64,000 bases of DNA from Candidatus Methylomirabilota bacterium. GTDB lineage: Bacteria; Methylomirabilota; Methylomirabilia; Rokubacteriales; CSP1-6. Every line of letters starts with the position of its first letter. Position 1 is the first letter of the stretch. The position numbers and the translations under genes are program-made. Below, in pieces: positions 8,896-17,214 of the stretch. The notes beneath the pieces are model-generated. The model saw only the letters and a program-made list of their open reading frames with translations, did not search any database and was not told where the DNA came from. The stretch is taken from the NCBI GenBank assembly GCA_036265915.1, contig DATAOC010000046.1, positions 4,787-68,786 of the forward strand, read 5' to 3'.

Positions 8896-11240
8896 TGGCC
8901 GGCTACGTGAGCCGCAGCATCAAGCGCACCGAGGACCCGCCGCTGCTGATGGGGCGCGCGCACTTCATCGGCGACCTGCGGCTGCCCGGCCTGCTCGCGG
9001 TGAAGTTCCTGCGCTCGCCGCACGCCCGCGCGCGCATCGTCGCCATCGACACGCGCGCCGCCCTCGCGATCCCGGGCGTCGAGGCCGTCGTCACCGGACC
9101 CGAGCTGCTCGGCAGCACGCGGCCGATCCGCGCGGTGATGAGCGGCGCCGGCTACAAGGCGAGCGGGTGGCCGGCCCTCGCGCACGACACCGTGCGCTTC
9201 GCGGGCGAGGCGGTGGCCGCCGTGGTCGCCAGCGATCAGTACCGGGCGGAGGACGCCCTGGACGCCATCGACGTCGCCTACGAGCCGTTGCCGGCCGCCG
9301 TCGACGCCGAGGCGGCGATGCGACCGGGCGCGCCACTCGTCCACGCCGAGCTCGGCGACAACATCGTGTTCCACACGCATTTCGAGAACGGCGACGTCGC
9401 GGCCGCGCTCGGGGCGGCCGACATCCGACTGTCGGAGACGTTCCGCCACGCGCGCTGCTCGTCGTCGCCGATGGAGCCGCGCGGCGTGATGGCCACGCTC
9501 GATCCCGTGGACGGCATGCTGACGGTGTGGGCGTCGACGCAGTCGCCGCACCTCATGCGCAGCGGCCTGGCAGAGGCGCTCGGCCTCGCCGAGTCGCGCA
9601 TCCGCATCCTGTGCCCCTCGGTCGGCGGCGGCTTCGGCCCGAAGATGCACCTCTATCCCGAGGACGTGGTCGTCGCCGCGCTTGCGCGCCGGCTGCGACG
9701 GCCGGTGCGGTGGCTGGAGGACCGCCGCGAGAACCTCCTCGCCAGCGCGCAGGCGCGCGAGCACGTCAACCACGTCGAGATCGGCGCCCGCGCCGATGGC
9801 ACGCTGCTCGCGCTCCGCTCGACTCTCATCTGCGACTCGGGCGCGTATTCCGTCTACCCGGTCACCGCGTCGCTGGAGCCGCTCACCGCGGCCGGCATCC
9901 TGCCCGGGCCGTACCGGCTGCCCGCACTCGCGTACGACGCCTACGCGGTGGCGACCAACAAGTGCCCCGCGGGCGCCTACCGCGGGGTCGGCATGGCGCT
10001 GGGAACGTTCGTGCGCGAGCGGCTCGTCGACATGATCGCCCGCCGCGCGCGCCTCGATCCCGCCGACGTGCGGCGCCGGAACCTGATCGAGACGAGCGCG
10101 CTGCCGTTCACCACCGCGTCCGGGCTGGTCGTCGACAGCGGCAACCCGCGCGAGTCGCTCGAGCGCGCGCTGGCAGAAAGCGACTACGCGCGCGTGCGGG
10201 CCGGCGGCGGGAGCACGCCGGGCGGCAAGTACCGCGGCGTCGGCGTGGCCGCGTACACCGAGTTCACCGGGATGGGCTCCGGGACGTTCCGGCGCCGGGG
10301 GATGAAGCAGGTGTCCGGTCACGACGCGGCCACCGTGCGCGTCGAGCCGACCGGCGAGATTCGCGGCTTCGTGAGCGCGGCGTCGCAGGGGCAGGGGCAC
10401 GCGACCACGCTGGCGCAGGTGCTGGCCGACGAGCTGGGCGCGGCGCTCGAGGCCGTCACCATCGTGGAGGGCGACACCGAGCGCTGTCCGTACGGCAGCG
10501 GCTCGTTCGCCAGCCGCAGCATGGTCGTCAGCGGCGGGGCGCTGGTGCTGGCCGCGCGGCGCGTGCGCGAGAAGATCACCACGATCGCGGCCCACATGCT
10601 CGAGGCGGCGCGCGACGACCTCGTCCTCGAGGGCGGCGCCATCGCCGTACGCGGCGCGCCCGGTCGCGCGCTGACCCTCGCGCAGGTCGCCGATCTCGCG
10701 TACCGGCCCGCGGGCGGCACACTGCCATCGGGCCTCGACCCCGCGCTGGAGGCCACGCAGTACTACGACCCGCCGCCGGCGACGTTCTCGAACGGCACGC
10801 ACGTGGCCGTCGTGGACGTCGACCCCGACACCGGACAGGTCGAGATCGTCCGGCACGTCGTGGTGGAGGACTGCGGTCGCATCGTGAATCCGATGATCGT
10901 CGACGGCCAGACCCACGGCGCCGTCGCGCAAGGGATCGGCAACGCGCTCTACGAGGAATTCCGCTACGACGCCGGCGGCCAGCCGCTCACGACCACGTTC
11001 ATGGACTACCTCATCCCCGGGACCATGGAGGTGCCGCCGATCGACGTGGTTCATCTCGAGACGCCGCCCGCGGTGACGGTCACCGGCTTCAAGGGCATGG
11101 CCGAGGGCGGCACCATCGGCTCGACCGCGGCCGTCGCCAACGCCGTCGCCGACGCGCTGGCCTCGCTCGGCATCGAGATCCGCGAGCTGCCGGTCACGCC
11201 CGATCGGCTCTACCGACTCCTGAGGACATCACAGCCATGA
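8895..11240 (+). CDS. Molybdopterin-binding large subunit of xanthine dehydrogenase/CoxL family (paralog 2)
   Basis: The ATG at 8895 shares one nt with the upstream TGA. 781 aa (MAGYVSRSIKRTEDPPLL...) with GGGFGPK, AGAYRGVGM and MAEGGTIG. Confidence 0.9.
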   Translation: MAGYVSRSIKRTEDPPLLMGRAHFIGDLRLPGLLAVKFLRSPHARARIVAIDTRAALAIPGVEAVVTGPELLGSTRPIRAVMSGAGYKASGWPALAHDTVRFAGEAVAAVVASDQYRAEDALDAIDVAYEPLPAAVDAEAAMRPGAPLVHAELGDNIVFHTHFENGDVAAALGAADIRLSETFRHARCSSSPMEPRGVMATLDPVDGMLTVWASTQSPHLMRSGLAEALGLAESRIRILCPSVGGGFGPKMHLYPEDVVVAALARRLRRPVRWLEDRRENLLASAQAREHVNHVEIGARADGTLLALRSTLICDSGAYSVYPVTASLEPLTAAGILPGPYRLPALAYDAYAVATNKCPAGAYRGVGMALGTFVRERLVDMIARRARLDPADVRRRNLIETSALPFTTASGLVVDSGNPRESLERALAESDYARVRAGGGSTPGGKYRGVGVAAYTEFTGMGSGTFRRRGMKQVSGHDAATVRVEPTGEIRGFVSAASQGQGHATTLAQVLADELGAALEAVTIVEGDTERCPYGSGSFASRSMVVSGGALVLAARRVREKITTIAAHMLEAARDDLVLEGGAIAVRGAPGRALTLAQVADLAYRPAGGTLPSGLDPALEATQYYDPPPATFSNGTHVAVVDVDPDTGQVEIVRHVVVEDCGRIVNPMIVDGQTHGAVAQGIGNALYEEFRYDAGGQPLTTTFMDYLIPGTMEVPPIDVVHLETPPAVTVTGFKGMAEGGTIGSTAAVANAVADALASLGIEIRELPVTPDRLYRLLRTSQP

Positions 11241-12220
11241 AGCCGAGACTATTGGCGACAAGCGTCCTGTTGCTCGCGCTCGCCGCGATGCTCGCCGCGC
11301 CGGGACCACGCGCGGCGGCGCAGGCGAAGCTGCGCATCCGGGTGGCCGCGCTCACGCTGCCGGTCTTCAACCCGATCATCGTGAGCCTGATGAGGGAGAA
11401 GGGCTTCGATGCCCGCCACGGGCTCGAGATGGACGTGAAGCCGTACCCGTCGATCGCCGCCTTCTACGCCGCGCTGGCGACGGGCGAGGTCGACACGACG
11501 GTCGTCGGCGGTCCGACGGTGTTCCAGAAGATGCGCAACGAAGGCGTGCCGCTCAGGATCGTGGCCACCATCGTGCCGCAGTCCGACCTCGTCATCATGA
11601 CGGCCAGCCCGGACATCAAGAGCCTCGGCGATCTCAAAAGCAAGACGCTGGCGGCCGACATGGGCTCGCAGCAGTACCAGGCCGTCGCCATCTACGGCCG
11701 CTCCAAGGGCCTCGCCGTCGGCACCGACGTGACGGTGGTGCAGGCGAGCTTCGCGCTGGCGCGCACGCAGCTCGCGGCCGGGCGTGTCGACGCGGCCATG
11801 GTCATCGAGCCGATCGCGACCATGATGCTGAAGGAGAACCCGTCGTACCGGATGATCTTCAACGGCGGCACGGCGTGGCGGGAGCTCACCGGCGAGGAAG
11901 GCTGGGAGCTGGTGGTGCCGCTGCGCGAGGAGCTCATCAAGCGGGCGCCGGCCGCGGTGTCGCAGTGGATCGCCGCGCTGCAGGACGTCCAGGCCTACAT
12001 CAAGCAGAACGTGGACGAAGCCGACGCCATCGTCGCGCGCACGGTGAAGCTGCCGCCCGGGATCTTCAAGGACGCGATCGCGAGCGGACGCTGGGTGGTC
12101 GACGTGCGGCCGGCGTGGGGCGAGCGCGAGCGCAAGAGCATCTGGGACATGTTCGAGCGCGCGGTGGCGGCGAAGTACGTCGAGAAGCTGCCGGACCAGG
12201 CCATCATCTATGCGCCGTGA
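11237..12220 (+). CDS. ABC transporter substrate-binding protein, NMT1-like (tandem paralog A)
   Basis: The ATG at 11237 overlaps the upstream stop (ATGA). 327 aa with a signal peptide (MKPRLLATSVLLLALAAMLAAPGPRAAAQA). Confidence 0.85.
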   Translation: MKPRLLATSVLLLALAAMLAAPGPRAAAQAKLRIRVAALTLPVFNPIIVSLMREKGFDARHGLEMDVKPYPSIAAFYAALATGEVDTTVVGGPTVFQKMRNEGVPLRIVATIVPQSDLVIMTASPDIKSLGDLKSKTLAADMGSQQYQAVAIYGRSKGLAVGTDVTVVQASFALARTQLAAGRVDAAMVIEPIATMMLKENPSYRMIFNGGTAWRELTGEEGWELVVPLREELIKRAPAAVSQWIAALQDVQAYIKQNVDEADAIVARTVKLPPGIFKDAIASGRWVVDVRPAWGERERKSIWDMFERAVAAKYVEKLPDQAIIYAP

Positions 12221-12242
12221 CGCCGGCGCCGGGGGGACGAGC

Positions 12243-13217
12243 ATGAGGCGACGAGTGGCCGTGCACGCGGTGGTGCTGGCGCTGTGCGCCGCAGCGCTCA
12301 CGCTGGCGGCGCCGGCGAGGAGTCAGGAGCCGATCAAGGTCAAGATCGCGCGGCTGGCGTTTCCCTCGCTGACGACGCTCATGGTCGACGTCGTGAAGGA
12401 CCAGGGGCTCGACCGCAAGCACGGGATCGACCTGGACCCGCAGACGTTCGGCGCGGTGTCGGCCTACTATGCCGCGCTCGCCACCGGCGAGGTCGACATG
12501 CTGCCGGCGGGACCGCACGTGCTGCAGAAGATGCGGCTGGAGGGCGTGCCCATTCGCGCGACCCTGACCTACGCGCGGCTGAACGCCCTGGCCGTCATCA
12601 GCGGCGACCCGGCGATCAAGACCATCGCCGACCTCAAGGGCAAGTCCATCGCCGCCGACATGGGGTCCTCGGAATACCAGATCCTGGCACTCTACGGACG
12701 CAGCCAGGGCGTCGTGTTCGGCAAGGACGTGACCGTGGTGCAGGCCGGGCCACCGATGGCGCGGACGCAGCTGCAGAGCAAGCGCGTCGACGCCGCCATG
12801 ACATGGGAGCCCTCCGCGACCCTTACCCTGCGTGACAACCCGCAGTACCGCACCATCCTCACCGGCGACACCGCGTGGAAGGAGATCGCCAGGGCGGACG
12901 GCTGGGAGCTGGTGCTCGCCGTGCGCGAGGACTTTCTGCGGCGCAGCCCGGAAGCGGTGCCGCGCCTGCTGCGCATGTTCCAGGACGGCCAGCGCTTCAT
13001 CAAGACGAACGTGGAGGCCGCCGATCGCATCGTGGCCGGCAGCGTGAAGCTGCCGCCGGGCGTGCTGAAGGAGGCGGTCCAGTCCGGACGCCTGGTGTAC
13101 GACATCCAGCCCGCGTGGGAGAGCGAGCGCACGGTCATCTGGGACATGTTCAAGGTGGCCGTGGACTCCGGCTACCTGCCGAAGCTGCCGGACGAGGGCG
13201 CGATCTACAAGCCCTGA
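12243..13217 (+). CDS. ABC transporter substrate-binding protein, NMT1-like (tandem paralog B)
   Basis: ATG at 12243 (MRRRVAVHAVVLALCAAALTLAAPARS). It is colinear with 11237..12220 and shares blocks such as YYAALATGEVD, KxxAADMGS, DVTVVQA, RVDAAM and VKLPPG. Confidence 0.85.
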   Translation: MRRRVAVHAVVLALCAAALTLAAPARSQEPIKVKIARLAFPSLTTLMVDVVKDQGLDRKHGIDLDPQTFGAVSAYYAALATGEVDMLPAGPHVLQKMRLEGVPIRATLTYARLNALAVISGDPAIKTIADLKGKSIAADMGSSEYQILALYGRSQGVVFGKDVTVVQAGPPMARTQLQSKRVDAAMTWEPSATLTLRDNPQYRTILTGDTAWKEIARADGWELVLAVREDFLRRSPEAVPRLLRMFQDGQRFIKTNVEAADRIVAGSVKLPPGVLKEAVQSGRLVYDIQPAWESERTVIWDMFKVAVDSGYLPKLPDEGAIYKP

Positions 13218-13957
13218 TGAGCCGCCTGGCGCCGTTCAGGTTTCCGCGCGAGACGGTGCTCGCGCTGCTCGGCCTCGCGGTGGCGTGGCAGGTCCTGTCG
13301 CTGTTCGTGCCACCGTTCATCGTGCCGGGCTGGCCCCGGATCTTCCGCAGCCTCGTGTCGCTCCGCGTCGACTTCGTGCTCATCACGCTGGCCCGGGTGG
13401 CGGCGGCCCTCGTCGTGTCGTTCGCGCTCGGCCTCGGCGCCGCCGTCCTGATGTACGCCTCGACCTCGGCCGAGCGCTACGGGCGGCCCATCGTGCGCCT
13501 GCTCATGGCGGTGCCGGTCGTCTGCTGGATCCTGTTCGCGGTGCTGTGGTTCAAGTGGGTGGAGTTCCGCATCGCCTTCGTGCTCGTGGTCGTCTGCGCG
13601 CCCGTCTTTCTCGTCGACATCCTGGACGCCATGCGCGGCGTCTCGCGCGACCTGCGCGACATGCTGCGCTCGTTCCGGCCCACCCGGGCGCAGGTGTTCA
13701 CCAAGCTCGTGCTCCCGGCCACGGTGCCGGCGATGCTGACCAGCTGGAAGATCAATCTCAGCCTGGCCATTCGCGTGGTCACCATCGCCGAGCTGGTCGG
13801 CGCCGTGACCGGCATCGGCTACGGTCTCGTGGTGGCGCAGGAGCTGTTCTCGGTGGCCGAGGTGTTCGCGTGGACGGTCGTGCTCGTCGCGCTGCTGTTC
13901 GTCGCCGAGGCGGCGCTGACGCGCGTGGAGGCGCGGCTGCTGCGATGGCGGACGTGA
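13217..13957 (+). CDS. ABC transporter permease (NitT/TauT family)
   Basis: The ATG at 13217 shares one nt with the upstream TGA. 246 aa, multi-TM. Confidence 0.85.
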   Translation: MSRLAPFRFPRETVLALLGLAVAWQVLSLFVPPFIVPGWPRIFRSLVSLRVDFVLITLARVAAALVVSFALGLGAAVLMYASTSAERYGRPIVRLLMAVPVVCWILFAVLWFKWVEFRIAFVLVVVCAPVFLVDILDAMRGVSRDLRDMLRSFRPTRAQVFTKLVLPATVPAMLTSWKINLSLAIRVVTIAELVGAVTGIGYGLVVAQELFSVAEVFAWTVVLVALLFVAEAALTRVEARLLRWRT

Positions 13958-14751
13958 AGGGCGCCGGCGCCATCGAGGTGCGCGGACTGCGCAAGGTCTT
14001 CCAGCAATCGGGCACCGGCGAGCTGGTGGTCGCCATCGAGGCGCTCGACTTCGACGTCGCCGAGGGCGAGCGCGTGGCGATCGTCGGGCAGACGGGCTGC
14101 GGCAAGTCGACGTTCCTCAACCTGCTCATCGGCCTGGACCGGCCGACGGCGGGGCGGATCGTCGTCGGGGGCCGGACGCCCTACGAGGACTTCGACCACT
14201 TCCGCGGCGCGCTGGCCGCCGTCTTCCAGCAGGATCGGCTGCTGCCGTGGCGGACCGCGCTCGACAACGTCCGGCTGCCGCTGGAGCTGCTCGGCCGCGA
14301 CGCCACCGAGCAGGTGACGCGCGCGCGGGCCTGGCTCGCGCGGCTCGGCCTCGAACGATTCGCTGGCGCGTACCCGCACGAGCTCTCGGGCGGCATGCGG
14401 CAGCGCGTGGCGCTGGCGCGCGCGTTCGTCATCGAGCCGTCGCTGCTGCTCGCGGATGAAGCGTTCGGCCACCTCGACGAGGTCACGGCGGCGGCGCTGC
14501 GGCAGACCTTCGTGGAGCTGGCGCGCACGGAGGGCAACACGGCCATCCTGGTGACGCACCAGCTCGAGGAGGCGATCGAGATCGGCGGCCGCATCCTGGT
14601 CTTCGGCCGGCCGGGCCGCCTGCTGGCCGACATCGACCTGCGCGGCTGTGCGCCGGGATCGCTGGTCGGCCTGCGCGCCGACATCCAGCGCATGCTGCAC
14701 GACAACGCCGCGGATCCGCGGTTCACCCAGCCAGCCAAGGAGCGTGCATGA
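13945..14751 (+). CDS. ABC transporter ATP-binding protein (NitT/TauT family)
   Basis: ATG at 13945, 268 aa, with Walker A GQTGCGKST, LSGGMRQR and LLLADEAF. Confidence 0.9.
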   Translation: MADVKGAGAIEVRGLRKVFQQSGTGELVVAIEALDFDVAEGERVAIVGQTGCGKSTFLNLLIGLDRPTAGRIVVGGRTPYEDFDHFRGALAAVFQQDRLLPWRTALDNVRLPLELLGRDATEQVTRARAWLARLGLERFAGAYPHELSGGMRQRVALARAFVIEPSLLLADEAFGHLDEVTAAALRQTFVELARTEGNTAILVTHQLEEAIEIGGRILVFGRPGRLLADIDLRGCAPGSLVGLRADIQRMLHDNAADPRFTQPAKERA

Positions 14752-16031
14752 AGATCGACGACCGCGCCCGCAAGGTGCTCGACACCATCGACGTCGACGA
14801 GCTGGTCAAGGTCGCGCTCGACCTCGGCAACATCGACAGCCCCACGGGCAGCGAGGGCCCGGTGGCCGAGTACGTGTACGACTGGCTGCGCCGGCAGGGG
14901 ATCGCCGCCCGCAAGGTGGCGCTCATGCCGGACCGCCCGAATGTCATCGGCGTGATGCCGGGGAGCAGCCACGGGCGCAGCCTCGTCTTCAACAGCCACA
15001 TGGACACGACGATCCACAAGGACGAGTGGTGGACGACCCGCCGCGCCGCCGACCCGATCCTGCACTCGGCGTGGCGCGACGGCGACACGCTCTACGGCAA
15101 CGGCGTGTGCAACGACAAGGGGCCGATGGCGACCTGGCTGCTGGCCGCCAAGGCCATCAAGGACAGCGGCGTGGCGCTGAAGGGCGACCTCGTGCTGATG
15201 GCCGTCGTCGGCGAGATCGGCGTGGAACCGGTGGACGAGTTCCAGTCGCCGGAGTACCTGGCCAAGGAGCCGGGCACCCGCTTCGCGATCACCCACGGCG
15301 GCGTCGGCGACTTCGCGCTGGTGGCCGAGGGCACCGACTTCGGGCTGGTCGGCGTCGAGGCCGGCAAGGCGTTCTTCAAGGTCACGGTGTTCGGCAACGA
15401 CTTGCCGATCTACACGCCGTACATCGAGCGGCCGTTCGCGGTGGAGAGGAACCCCAACGCCATCGTGCGGATGGCGCCGCTGCTGCAGCGGCTGGAGGAG
15501 TGGGCGCACGAGTACGAGCGGAAGCATCGTTACGAGTGCGCGGGCGGCGTCATCGTGCCGCGCGTGAACGTGGGCGCCATCCGAGGCGGCGTGCCGTACA
15601 AGATCACGAAGACCGTCCAGCAGTGCGCGATCTACGTCGACGTGCGCATCACGCCCGTGCAGAACCCGCTCGACATCCGCGAGGACCTGCGCCGGATGCT
15701 GGCCTCGCTCGGCCTGGCCGGGGAAGTCGAGCTCTACACCTATCGCCCCGCGTTCGAGGCCGATGCCCGGAAAGTCGAGCCGCTGGCCGGCGCCATCACG
15801 CGCGCGCACCAGGCGATCGTCGGCTCGACGCCCAAGCACGCCACGCCCCCGTTCTCGAGCATGTGGCGCGACATCAACTGCTTCAACGAGATGCGCATCC
15901 CCGCGCTGACCTACGGTCCCGGCATCAGCGTGGGCGCCGGAACGTTCGGCATGAAGGTCGCGGACCTCGTCACCGGCGCCCAGCTGTACGCGCTCACCGC
16001 GCTCGATCTGTGCAGCCAGGACCGTGCATGA
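14748..16031 (+). CDS. M20-family metallopeptidase / deacylase (ArgE/DapE-like)
   Basis: 427-aa ORF with M20 pattern (SLVFNSHMDT, GNGVCNDKG). ATGA overlap with the upstream gene. Confidence 0.85.
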   Translation: MKIDDRARKVLDTIDVDELVKVALDLGNIDSPTGSEGPVAEYVYDWLRRQGIAARKVALMPDRPNVIGVMPGSSHGRSLVFNSHMDTTIHKDEWWTTRRAADPILHSAWRDGDTLYGNGVCNDKGPMATWLLAAKAIKDSGVALKGDLVLMAVVGEIGVEPVDEFQSPEYLAKEPGTRFAITHGGVGDFALVAEGTDFGLVGVEAGKAFFKVTVFGNDLPIYTPYIERPFAVERNPNAIVRMAPLLQRLEEWAHEYERKHRYECAGGVIVPRVNVGAIRGGVPYKITKTVQQCAIYVDVRITPVQNPLDIREDLRRMLASLGLAGEVELYTYRPAFEADARKVEPLAGAITRAHQAIVGSTPKHATPPFSSMWRDINCFNEMRIPALTYGPGISVGAGTFGMKVADLVTGAQLYALTALDLCSQDRA

Positions 16032-16849
16032 CGGGCCGCGTCGCCGTCAACGGCGTCGAGCTCTACTACGAGGTGCACGGGGCGGGCGACTGGCTCGTGC
16101 TCGCGCACGAGTTCTCCGGCGGCTGCAAGAGCTGGCACCGTCAGATCGATGCCCTCGGACAGCATCTGCGCATTCTCGTCTACAACAACCGGGGCTATCC
16201 GCCGTCGAGCGTGCCGGACGATGAGGCCGCGTACTCGCAGGAGCACTCGATCGAGGACCTGCGCCAGCTGCTGGACGCCCTCGGCCTCGAGCGTCCGGTG
16301 CTCGGCGGCTTCTCGATGGGCGGCAGCATCGCGCTCAACTTCGGGTTGATGCACCCCGACCGCATCCGCGCGCTGATCCTGGCCGGCACCGGCACCGGAT
16401 CCATCGACAAGGCGCAAAATGCCCGCGACTTCGGCCCCATCGCCGACCGGTTCTTGCGCGAAGGTCCGGCGAGGGTCGCCGAGGACTACCTCCGCGGCCC
16501 GACGCGCGTCCAGCTGCTCCGCAAGAATCCCGCGGAGTGGGAGAAGCTCTTCCGCGAGTTCGCCGAGCTGTCGCCGGTCGGCATGGCGTACACGCTGCGC
16601 GGCGTGCAGCTCAAGCGGCCGACGATGTACGAGCTCGAGCCGAAGCTGCGCACGCTGCGCGTTCCGACTCTCGTGATCGTCGGCGAAGAAGACGCGCCGG
16701 CGCTCGAGCCGAGCCGCTTCCTGGCGCGCACGATCCCCCGCGCCACGCTGCGGGTCCTGCCGGGAACAGGCCACACGCTGCAGCTGGAGGAGCCCGAGGT
16801 CTTCAACGCCGCCGTCCTGGAATTCATTCGCTCGCTGCCCCGGACGTGA
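16028..16849 (+). CDS. Alpha/beta-fold hydrolase
   Basis: The ATG at 16028 overlaps the M20 stop (ATGA). 273 aa with nucleophile elbow GFSMGG and C-terminal GHTLQLEEP. Confidence 0.85.
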   Translation: MTGRVAVNGVELYYEVHGAGDWLVLAHEFSGGCKSWHRQIDALGQHLRILVYNNRGYPPSSVPDDEAAYSQEHSIEDLRQLLDALGLERPVLGGFSMGGSIALNFGLMHPDRIRALILAGTGTGSIDKAQNARDFGPIADRFLREGPARVAEDYLRGPTRVQLLRKNPAEWEKLFREFAELSPVGMAYTLRGVQLKRPTMYELEPKLRTLRVPTLVIVGEEDAPALEPSRFLARTIPRATLRVLPGTGHTLQLEEPEVFNAAVLEFIRSLPRT

Positions 16850-16893
16850 AGAAAATAGTACACGCGTCCGTCCGATGCGCAGGAGGATCCCCG

Positions 16894-17208
16894 ATGCGAA
16901 GAGCCTGGCTGCTGATTGCGGCTGCTGCGCTGCTGATGGCTGGCTGTGTCGTCGCCCCTCCGCCCCCGCGTCGCGTGATCGTGACTCCGCCGCCCGCCCC
17001 GGCGGTGCCCGCGGAGGCCGTCCCGCCCGCGCCCGGTCCCGGCTACGTGTGGATCCCCGGGCACTGGAGCTGGACCGGAAACGCCTATGCGTGGCAGCCC
17101 GGTTACTGGACGGTCCCCGCTCAGCCGGGCTACGTCTGGGTGCCCGCCCACTGGCAGCAGCGGGGGGGCGGCTTCGTGTGGATCGCCGGTCACTGGCGCG
17201 TGCGCTGA
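16894..17208 (+). CDS. Small lipoprotein with WxxGxW-type Trp/Gly repeats
   Basis: AGGAGGA lies 7 nt upstream of the ATG at 16894. Lipobox LLMAGC and a Pro-rich linker are followed by repeats GYVWIPGHWSW / YAWQPGYW / GYVWVPAHW / GFVWIAGHW. Confidence 0.7.
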   Translation: MRRAWLLIAAAALLMAGCVVAPPPPRRVIVTPPPAPAVPAEAVPPAPGPGYVWIPGHWSWTGNAYAWQPGYWTVPAQPGYVWVPAHWQQRGGGFVWIAGHWRVR

Positions 17209-17214
17209 GCCCGG

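Noticed and set aside
6580-11240. Annotating the CoxL-like genes as aerobic carbon monoxide dehydrogenase.
   Set aside because: Neither paralog has the VAYRCSFR active-site loop with the Cu-binding Cys, and no coxDEFG accessory genes are present. They are better described as generic molybdenum hydroxylase large subunits.
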